From a virus (taxonomy: Duplodnaviria; Heunggongvirae; Uroviricota; Caudoviricetes), in the IMG/VR virus record IMGVR_UViG_3300030379_000127, positions 1 to 22,899 of that record: DNA of 22,899 nt. One strand, 5' to 3'. A program made the translations under genes and the position numbers. Below, one piece after another: positions 9,164-15,361 of this stretch; position 1 is the stretch's first letter; each line of letters begins with the position of its first letter. The notes beneath the pieces are model-generated. The model saw only the letters and a program-made list of their open reading frames with translations, ran no database searches and was not told the origin of the DNA.

Positions 9164-9658
9164 GGCTCGGCGCTGCCCGTTGGTGTACCTATTCCATGGC
9201 CCTCAGCCACACCGCCAACGGGGTGGCTGAAATGCAATGGTGCAGCATTTTCTTCTGAAAAGTACCCAAATCTGGCAAAGGTTTACCCAACGTTAAAATT
9301 ACCTGATTTACGCGGTGAATTTATCCGTGGCTGGGATGATGGGCGCGGGGTGGATGCTGGCCGCGCTTTGCTTAATTGGCAGCCACACACAATTTTGGAC
9401 CATGCACACTATATGGAATTATGGACAGGGGACGGACTCGCCGCAGGAAGTGCACGGGAAGGCGTAAATCCAGGAATACTAGCTACATACGGTGACGGGG
9501 GAATAGTTAAAACGGACGAACCCGGTCATAAGGTGCCTTCCTCACTACGAGCTATTAGCTCTCGTAGTGTTAAACGTTATGGTGAAATTAGTGGAAATGT
9601 AGGTACAGAAACTCGCCCTCGCAACGTTGCATTTAATTACATCGTAAGGGCGGCATAA
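9152..9658 (+). CDS. Tail-fibre C-terminal cassette 3
   Basis: In-frame translation from the site gives GLGEGSALPVGVPIPWPSATPPTGWLKCNG...GWDDGRGVDAGRALLNW..., ending ETRPRNVAFNYIVRAA. The ORF track lists only the 3' part (9350..9658) because there is no in-frame start codon upstream, consistent with a silent cassette. Confidence 0.7.
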   Translation, partial: GLGEGSALPVGVPIPWPSATPPTGWLKCNGAAFSSEKYPNLAKVYPTLKLPDLRGEFIRGWDDGRGVDAGRALLNWQPHTILDHAHYMELWTGDGLAAGSAREGVNPGILATYGDGGIVKTDEPGHKVPSSLRAISSRSVKRYGEISGNVGTETRPRNVAFNYIVRAA

Positions 9659-9677
9659 AAACGTTGGTTTAGGGGAA
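9652..9677 (+). other. Crossover site 4: ggcataaaaacg-TT-ggtttaggggaa
   Basis: Conserved 26-bp site overlapping the stop codon of cassette 3. Confidence 0.7.
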
Positions 9678-10136
9678 GGCTCTGCACTGCCTGTTGGTGT
9701 GCCCGTTCCGTGGCCCTTAGAAACACCACCAACGGGCTGGCTAAAATGCAATGGTGCAGCATTTTCTTCTGAAATGTATCCCAAACTGGCAAAGGCTTAC
9801 CCTACTAATAAATTGCCGGATTTACGCGGTGAATTTATTCGTGGCTGGGATGACGGGCGGGGGATTGACTCTGGCCGTAATTTATTATCTGCACAGAATG
9901 ATGCAATTCAGAATATTGTTGGTTCTTTCGGGCGTACTCAGCTTTTTAGAGATGTACTTAGTTCAGGGCCATTTAGTCAACATGGTCAAGTATTATCTAC
10001 AGGCCTAAAGGAAACGGAAATTATTGAGGGTTATGGCTCTTATAACTGGACATTCGACGCCTCTCGCTCAGTTCGTACAGCATCTGAAACCCGCCCCCGT
10101 AATATTGCATTTAATTACATCGTAAGGGCGGCATAA
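9666..10136 (+). CDS. Tail-fibre C-terminal cassette 4
   Basis: Conserved 5' and 3' ends, unique core (...LLSAQNDAIQNIVGSFGRTQLFRDVLSSGPFSQHGQVLSTGLKETEIIEGYGSYNWTFDASRSV...). Confidence 0.75.
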   Translation, partial: GLGEGSALPVGVPVPWPLETPPTGWLKCNGAAFSSEMYPKLAKAYPTNKLPDLRGEFIRGWDDGRGIDSGRNLLSAQNDAIQNIVGSFGRTQLFRDVLSSGPFSQHGQVLSTGLKETEIIEGYGSYNWTFDASRSVRTASETRPRNIAFNYIVRAA

Positions 10137-10155
10137 AAACGTTGGTTTAGGGGAA
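10130..10155 (+). other. Crossover site 5: ggcataaaaacg-TT-ggtttaggggaa
   Basis: Conserved 26-bp site overlapping the stop codon of cassette 4. Confidence 0.7.
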
Positions 10156-10650
10156 GGCTCGGCGCTGCCCGTTGGTGTGCCTGTTCCGTGGCCCTCCGCC
10201 ACACCACCAACGGGGTGGCTGAAATGTAACGGAGCAGCATTTTCTTCTGAAAAGTACCCAAATCTGGCAAAGGTTTACCCAACGTTAAAATTACCTGATT
10301 TACGCGGTGAGTTTATCCGTGGTTGGGATGATTCGAGAGGGATTGATACAGGGCGTTCATTGCTAAGTGGTCAGACTGCAACATTTATTCGTACAGCTTT
10401 GCAGGATTATTACGGTGTCGATCTGACTACTAATGTCAAAGTAGGTATCGCTTATGCTACTGCTGATTCTGTTATAACTGTTGGAAACCCTGCTAATCCT
10501 AAAGCAGGAGATAATAGCGATTATGTTCCAGCATCATCAGATAACTCCATAACAGGCACTCAAAGGACGGCAGAGGATAATTTTACCGGGGCATGGATAT
10601 CAATGCGCCCCCGCAACGTTGCTTTTAATTACATTGTAAGGGCCACATAA
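10144..10650 (+). CDS. Tail-fibre C-terminal cassette 5
   Basis: Conserved 5' end, unique core, conserved 3' end (RPRNVAFNYIVRAT). Confidence 0.75.
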   Translation, partial: GLGEGSALPVGVPVPWPSATPPTGWLKCNGAAFSSEKYPNLAKVYPTLKLPDLRGEFIRGWDDSRGIDTGRSLLSGQTATFIRTALQDYYGVDLTTNVKVGIAYATADSVITVGNPANPKAGDNSDYVPASSDNSITGTQRTAEDNFTGAWISMRPRNVAFNYIVRAT

Positions 10651-10669
10651 AAACGTTGGTTTAGGGGAA
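10644..10669 (+). other. Crossover site 6: cacataaaaacg-TT-ggtttaggggaa
   Basis: Conserved 26-bp site overlapping the stop codon of cassette 5. Confidence 0.7.
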
Positions 10670-11158
10670 GGCTCGGCGCTGCCCGTTGGTGTGCCTGTTC
10701 CGTGGCCCTCAGCCACACCGCCAACGGGGTGGCTGAAATGCAATGGTGCAGCATTTTCTTCTGAAAAGTACCCAAATCTGGCAAAGGTTTACCCAACGTT
10801 AAAATTACCTGATTTACGCGGTGAGTTTATCCGTGGCTGGGATGATGGGCGAGGGATTGACTCTGGTCGCTCTATTTTAAGCGAGCAAGGATATGCAACG
10901 GAGGATCATGCTCACGGATTACCGTCAAAATCAACCGTAGCAACTGACCGCTCAATTAATTTCTACTTTGACGAGGCATGGGCTACTAGTGGTAATACGG
11001 GAGTTATCAGATGGGGGAACACAAGCGATGCAGGATTGCCAGCCCCTAATTATGGAACTTTTAAAACATATAAACAGTCCGTAGCTAATTTAGGTACTGC
11101 TGGCTTAGAAACCCGCCCTCGTAATATTGCATTTAATTATATTGTGAGGGCGGATTAA
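10658..11158 (+). CDS. Tail-fibre C-terminal cassette 6 (last of the plus-strand array)
   Basis: Conserved 5' end, unique core, 3' end RPRNIAFNYIVRAD-stop. No crossover site follows; it abuts the 3' end of the convergent tail-fibre-assembly gene. Confidence 0.75.
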   Translation, partial: GLGEGSALPVGVPVPWPSATPPTGWLKCNGAAFSSEKYPNLAKVYPTLKLPDLRGEFIRGWDDGRGIDSGRSILSEQGYATEDHAHGLPSKSTVATDRSINFYFDEAWATSGNTGVIRWGNTSDAGLPAPNYGTFKTYKQSVANLGTAGLETRPRNIAFNYIVRAD

Positions 11159-11163
11159 TTATA

Positions 11164-11775
11164 TCAACTGGCTGTAGAAAGTTGTTTTTCAGGCCAGTTG
11201 AGATCTGGTGCCGTGGTTAAATCCATCGCGTTCAGCTCGTCTATATAATCTAGCACGGAGTTAAGCTGCGTGGTTTCTGCCTGCGTCAACTTCCGTCCAG
11301 CCCGTAATTTCAACTGAATCAGACTAATGGAATCCATCGCAGTATCAATCAATGACTGACGTTTTGTTTCTGCTGCCTCTACAGCTGCACTATGTTGAGC
11401 CTCAGTATCAACCACCCATTTCTCTCCATCCCATTTGTCGTATGGTGTTAGCGGGGCGATAGTGGTTGTATTTTCCGGATAGTCACCCAACACCGTGATT
11501 TCTTCGGGATTCCCAGTGTCAATGCTATAGACAGTTTCGCCACGATGATCTGGCACATACTCCCATGAACTTAAATCCTCTGAACGGAGAATCGCATAAC
11601 CTGCTTTATGTGAGCCTGGAGCATCCAAACAAGAATTTGCCGGAATACCAACGCCAACAGCAAGATATTCAGTTGATGCAGAAATATATTCCCGATTACC
11701 ACCATCATAGTTATAAACGATAATGTTTCCTGCCTGTATGGCTATAAGTTCGCTATTTAATATCGCATTATCCAT
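11164..11775 (-). CDS. Tail-fibre assembly chaperone (Tfa/U-like, 203 aa)
   Basis: Start overlaps the cassette 7 stop (TAATG). C-terminal region (LIQLKLRAGRKLTQAETTQLNSVLDYIDELNAMDLTTAPDLNWPEKQ) fits the conserved C-terminal pattern of caudoviral tail-fibre assembly proteins. It is the only such gene in the array. Confidence 0.6.
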   Translation of the reverse strand: MDNAILNSELIAIQAGNIIVYNYDGGNREYISASTEYLAVGVGIPANSCLDAPGSHKAGYAILRSEDLSSWEYVPDHRGETVYSIDTGNPEEITVLGDYPENTTTIAPLTPYDKWDGEKWVVDTEAQHSAAVEAAETKRQSLIDTAMDSISLIQLKLRAGRKLTQAETTQLNSVLDYIDELNAMDLTTAPDLNWPEKQLSTAS

Positions 11776-12236
11776 TATGCTGCTCTCACAATATAATTGA
11801 AGGCAATGTTACGTGGGCGGGTTTCATTCCCCCCAGATAACTCCGTTCTGTATTGACTGGTAAATTTACCATTAATCGCTCCTTGCCGGACGGCGTTATC
11901 TGTCGACAACAGACTATCCCCCCCTCTGTCATTTGGCACCAATACCGTGTTATCCCACGCGTCCCATGACCGAATATTATGATAATGACTTCCTGTTAAC
12001 CACCCCTGTATGCTTAAGATGACCCTTCCCGCATCCACACCTCGCCCATCATCCCAACCACGGATAAACTCACCGCGTAAATCCGGTAATTTATTGGTGG
12101 GGTAGGCCTTTGCCAGTTTGGGATACATTTCAGAAGAAAATGCTGCACCATTGCATTTTAGCCAGCCCGTTGGTGGTGTTTCTAAGGGCCACGGAACGGG
12201 CACACCAACAGGCAGTGCAGAGCCTTCCCCCAAACC
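11775..12236 (-). CDS. Tail-fibre C-terminal cassette 7 (opposite orientation to cassettes 1-6, co-oriented with tfa)
   Basis: Minus-strand translation (G)LGEGSALPVGVPVPWPLETPPTGWLKCNGAAFSSEMYPKLAKAYPTNKLPDLRGEFIRGWDDGRGVDAGR...ETRPRNIAFNYIVRAA; begins at crossover site 7. Confidence 0.75.
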   Translation of the reverse strand, partial: GLGEGSALPVGVPVPWPLETPPTGWLKCNGAAFSSEMYPKLAKAYPTNKLPDLRGEFIRGWDDGRGVDAGRVILSIQGWLTGSHYHNIRSWDAWDNTVLVPNDRGGDSLLSTDNAVRQGAINGKFTSQYRTELSGGNETRPRNIAFNYIVRAA

Positions 12237-12250
12237 AACGTTTTAGTCTT
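12225..12250 (-). other. Crossover site 7 (inverted): reverse complement aagactaaaacg-TT-ggtttgggggaa
   Basis: Same right half-site as the other cassettes but in inverted orientation; its outer flank leads into the invertase 5' region (SD aagagg at 12289..12294, ATG at 12305). Confidence 0.7.
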
Positions 12251-12304
12251 AATCCCTACCTATACCAACGATGTATTTTTAACTAAACAAAGAGGTTGTT
12301 TTTC

Positions 12305-12742
12305 ATGCAAATTGGCTACATTCGTGTGTCAACAAATGACCAAAACACAGATTTACAAAGAAATGCACTGAACTGCGCAGGATGTGAACTGATTTTTGAA
12401 GATAAAATAAGCGGAACAAAGTCAGCCAGACCAGGCTTGAAAAAGCTGCTCAGAACGTTATCAGAAGGAGATACGCTGGTTGTCTGGAAGCTGGATAGGC
12501 TTGGCAGAAGTATGAAACACCTTATCACGCTTATAGAGGAGTTGCGGGAAAAAGGTGTTAATTTCCGTAGTCTGACAGACAGTATTGACACATCAACACC
12601 CATGGGGCGTTTCTTTTTTCATGTCATGGGTGCTTTAGCAGAAATGGAAGGTAATCAAGAACGCTCTGAATACTGGTCTTACCAAGAATGGCGCGTCCAA
12701 CACTTGTCAATGCAGTTAACGCGGCACGATCAACACCTGTGA
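12305..12742 (+). pseudogene. cin: Serine DNA-invertase, N-terminal catalytic fragment (about 115 aa of homology, then 30 unrelated codons)
   Basis: MQIGYIRVSTNDQNTDLQRNALNCAGCELIFEDK...LVVWKLDRLGRSMKHL...SLTDSIDTSTPMGRFFFHVMGALAEME is a typical resolvase/invertase catalytic domain with the active-site Ser in RVSTNDQ. Homology stops at 12649, at the AA core; the rest of the ORF is antisense of the tail-fibre 3' end. Confidence 0.85.
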
Positions 12743-13997
12743 AATAAGGGAGTTTATCTGCTGCTGTAGCTAGTGCCGCTAGAGCAGTGAGCGTAGCGTC
12801 TGCCGCTTGCTTTCCATTAGCCAAATCATATGCAGCCTTGACAGCTTTCGGTGTGGCGGCCAGCACTTCGGACGTGCTATTGGTAGCACTGCTGAGTTGG
12901 ACTATCCCTTTTTGAGCCGTGGTTGCATCCTGGGCTGTATACTTCCCGTTAGCCAAATCATATGCAGCCTTGACAGCTTTCGGTGTGGCGGCCAGCACTT
13001 CAGACGTGCTGTTAGTGGCACTACTGAGCTGAGTGATGCCTTTCGCTGTCAATGAAGCTGTTGGCACACCAGTGATCTGATTCCAGGGATGTGTATGACT
13101 GGATGGTGCCTTTCCGGCTGCTAGATCGTATGCAGCTTTAACCGCTTTTGGAGTTGCAGCTAATGTTTCAGAAGTGCTGTTGGTGTCGCTACTGAGCTGA
13201 ACTATCCCTTTTTGTGTCGTGGTTGCATCCTGGGCTGTATACTTCCCGTTAGCCAGGTCATATGCAGCCTTGACAGCTTTCGGTGTGGCGGCCAGCACTT
13301 CAGACGTGCTGTTAGTGGCACTACTGAGCTGAACTAATCCCTTTTGCGTTGTGCTTGCATCCTGCGCCGTATACTTGCTTTTCGCCAGATCGTAGGCTTT
13401 TTTAACTGCCAGCGAACTCGCAGCAACATCACTTCTGGTACTGGTTACAGAGTCTGAAATATCAATGCCGATCGTGCGGTTGATACGCTCGGATGTATCA
13501 ATCATCTCTTGAGTAATGGTAGATACGCCAGCAGGGATATTCACCGTACAAACCAGCAGTTCCCCATCACCTAACTGATATGAATCGGTATAGGTTCTGG
13601 CAACAAATTCAGCTGCATGAATATGTGACGCGGTATTCACCTGATAGGTATCTTCTCCAAGAAGGTATCTTCCCTTCAGCACAATTGCATATTTCTTGCC
13701 TGCGTTAAGTGCAAGAGAGATATCCTTACGATGCTGAATAGTTACCTGGTAGAATTCACCAATATCCACTGACGCCGCGCCAGCGGTTTTATCTCCATCC
13801 ACTGAGGTGATTAACAGGTTCATCCCACCGCCAGGCTTAGGCAAGAAACCAGCATAAAATCCCGGGTCAACAATTCCCCTGAATTTTCGGTTTAGAGCGG
13901 CTGACAGATATGGTTCGTGGTATTGCACATCAGCCACCAGAGCCAACGACTCGGGTGATGGGTAAGTAACCGATGTAACAACTGTAACGTCATTCAT
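12624..13997 (-). CDS. Tail-fibre protein, constant N-terminal portion, disconnected from all C-terminal cassettes
   Basis: Start MNDVTVV with SD aagga 8 nt upstream (the ORF track's 14084 start overlaps the upstream gene). Contains the tail-fibre repeat KYTAQDATTTQKGIVQLSSATNSTSEVLAATPKAVKAAYDLANG about four times. Ends ...SIQSVLDYL then PFLLKHP-stop, where a cassette (GLGEGSALPVG...) would be expected. Confidence 0.8.
   Translation of the reverse strand: MNDVTVVTSVTYPSPESLALVADVQYHEPYLSAALNRKFRGIVDPGFYAGFLPKPGGGMNLLITSVDGDKTAGAASVDIGEFYQVTIQHRKDISLALNAGKKYAIVLKGRYLLGEDTYQVNTASHIHAAEFVARTYTDSYQLGDGELLVCTVNIPAGVSTITQEMIDTSERINRTIGIDISDSVTSTRSDVAASSLAVKKAYDLAKSKYTAQDASTTQKGLVQLSSATNSTSEVLAATPKAVKAAYDLANGKYTAQDATTTQKGIVQLSSDTNSTSETLAATPKAVKAAYDLAAGKAPSSHTHPWNQITGVPTASLTAKGITQLSSATNSTSEVLAATPKAVKAAYDLANGKYTAQDATTAQKGIVQLSSATNSTSEVLAATPKAVKAAYDLANGKQAADATLTALAALATAADKLPYFTGVDRAALTALTSVGRAILGKTSIQSVLDYLPFLLKHP
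12636..12661. other. Hybrid crossover site (junction A): tagcagaaatgg-AA-ggtaatcaagaa
   Basis: Right of the AA core (12648..12649) is the fibre constant-region half-site (reverse complement TTCTTGATTACC, like the hix left half TTCTTGAAAACC); left of it is invertase coding sequence. Confidence 0.75.
12810..13425. repeat. Tandem 111-bp (37-codon) repeats inside the tail-fibre constant region, about 4.5 copies
   Basis: Near-identical DNA blocks (for example gccagcacttc(g/a)gacgtgct(a/g)tt(g/a)gt(a/g)gcact(g/a)ctgag...) recur with 111-bp period; the plus-strand antisense ORF 12807..13055 shows the same periodicity. Confidence 0.8.
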
Positions 13998-14008
13998 CAA
14001 GCATATCC

Positions 14009-14443
14009 TTATGCTGTAGTCGAGTTTATGGCCATAACTGCGGTATATGTTTTGCCCACATACAGCGAGTCTTCCTGGACACAAATAATGGCGATTGGCT
14101 TATTCTCGTTATCCAGAACAACCAGAGTGTTGAATGGGTAGTTTTTCCCTTCCTGCAACTGACTTTGATCAAGGTCCATTCGGACAGTAATTATCCCGCC
14201 TGAGTAGGTTGGGACGAGGTTGATGGTGCAAAATTGACTGGTCAGTTCTGCCAGATCGAAAGCCTTAGGCAGTTCTCCAATCTCATAAGTGCCATCTCCT
14301 TTCTTAGTAACCAGTGAACTGGTACCAAAAACGGCCTTGCTGATTAAAAATCGAGAGCCTTTGTTAATGGACGATTCAGCGCGCCGCTGATAGTAATAGT
14401 CCAACAACTGACTCTTATAGAGGTTTGTTGAGACGTCAGACAT
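14009..14443 (-). CDS. Tail-fibre operon protein upstream of the fibre gene (144 aa), positionally like P1 R
   Basis: Intact ORF ending 11 nt before the fibre start codon; no motif recognised, assignment by position only. Confidence 0.4.
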   Translation of the reverse strand: MSDVSTNLYKSQLLDYYYQRRAESSINKGSRFLISKAVFGTSSLVTKKGDGTYEIGELPKAFDLAELTSQFCTINLVPTYSGGIITVRMDLDQSQLQEGKNYPFNTLVVLDNENKPIAIICVQEDSLYVGKTYTAVMAINSTTA

Positions 14444-14521
14444 GATTTTCCCTAATCAATGTTGTGAAGCCTCATTGTAAGATAAGTAACTTGTCACCCC
14501 GCCCTGCGGACGGGGTGATTG

Positions 14522-15361
14522 TCACGCATCGCTATCCAACAGCAAATCATCTGCGCGGGTGCGATCAAACGTAGGCGTTGCTTTCACAATAGTGCCGCCC
14601 GGCGTTGCAGTGATCGGGGCGTTAATCGACGTAACTTCAGTAAGCGAAGTTGTATCCGAAGTTTCAAACCAGCAGAATGCTTTTTCGGTATCAGAAATCT
14701 CATTCAAAGTAATCATGTCGGCCTGTTCATTTACAACAACCGACAAATAGAGCGTAAGCCCATCAAACACTATATGCAGTGGCAGTAGAGGCTTTACGAA
14801 CTGATTAAACTTTCTGAGAATTTCTTCTGTAATTGCGGACTGATCTATCGTTCCAGTAATACCCATTGTCCGGGCCAGGTCGTTTATGGGAATACTGATC
14901 ATTCCTCTGGAAGTCAGAAACATCTCGCCGAATGTGCCGCCGGTGGTTTCCAGTGTGCTTTCTGGAATCAGGACCGTGCCATAGGGATGACGTTCAAAGT
15001 CCACCGGAGCATATATGGGATCCCATAAAACCGATATACCGTTAAATTCGCGATAAATTGTCTGGTTTATAGGGCGTTCAGTACCCTTAAAATGGATCTC
15101 ATCAAACCGCTGTTGTAACAACATCGGAACGGAAGATGAATTCGACGTCCTGATAGTAAAAAACTGGCCAAGTTCATTTGTCCTAGTCTCCAGATCCTCC
15201 TTGCTCATGGAGAAAATAGACTTCCGGTTGGTAATTCGCTCCAACCATGGGTCAACAAAGGTGTCCATCATTGACTGAACCAAATCAGCCAATGATTTAT
15301 AAAGTAATGACTTTTGCTTAGCTGATGTAAGCCGGTTATTAAACCAGGAACGCTGCATCAC
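14522..15361 (-). CDS. Baseplate / tail structural protein (279 aa)
   Basis: Start overlaps the stop of the upstream 477-aa gene by 4 bp; sits between the baseplate genes and the fibre operon. Functional call is positional. Confidence 0.4.
   Translation of the reverse strand: MMQRSWFNNRLTSAKQKSLLYKSLADLVQSMMDTFVDPWLERITNRKSIFSMSKEDLETRTNELGQFFTIRTSNSSSVPMLLQQRFDEIHFKGTERPINQTIYREFNGISVLWDPIYAPVDFERHPYGTVLIPESTLETTGGTFGEMFLTSRGMISIPINDLARTMGITGTIDQSAITEEILRKFNQFVKPLLPLHIVFDGLTLYLSVVVNEQADMITLNEISDTEKAFCWFETSDTTSLTEVTSINAPITATPGGTIVKATPTFDRTRADDLLLDSDA

Noticed and set aside
8227-10669. Possible CRISPR array, given regularly spaced direct repeats
   Set aside because: Repeat spacing is 430-510 bp, the repeated unit is about 200 bp of protein-coding sequence plus a 26-bp recombination site, and the intervening sequences are in-frame coding cores; no cas genes are present.
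12316-12603. Minus-strand ORF inside the invertase fragment and plus-strand ORF 12807..13055 inside the fibre repeats
   Set aside because: Antisense shadow ORFs inside well-supported genes; the second simply mirrors the 111-bp repeat periodicity.
8011-12742. Diversity-generating retroelement targeting the tail fibre
   Set aside because: No reverse-transcriptase ORF and no template/variable repeat pair with adenine-specific differences; the variation here is between alternative cassettes at invertase crossover sites.
8011-12742. Insertion sequence or transposon carrying the recombinase
   Set aside because: The recombinase is a small serine invertase split across an inversion, not a transposase; no terminal inverted repeats or target-site duplications were seen.
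12624-14084. Tail-fibre start at 14084 as given by the ORF track
   Set aside because: That start would overlap the upstream 144-aa gene by 75 bp; the internal ATG at 13997 has a good SD (aagga) and sits 11 nt after the upstream stop.
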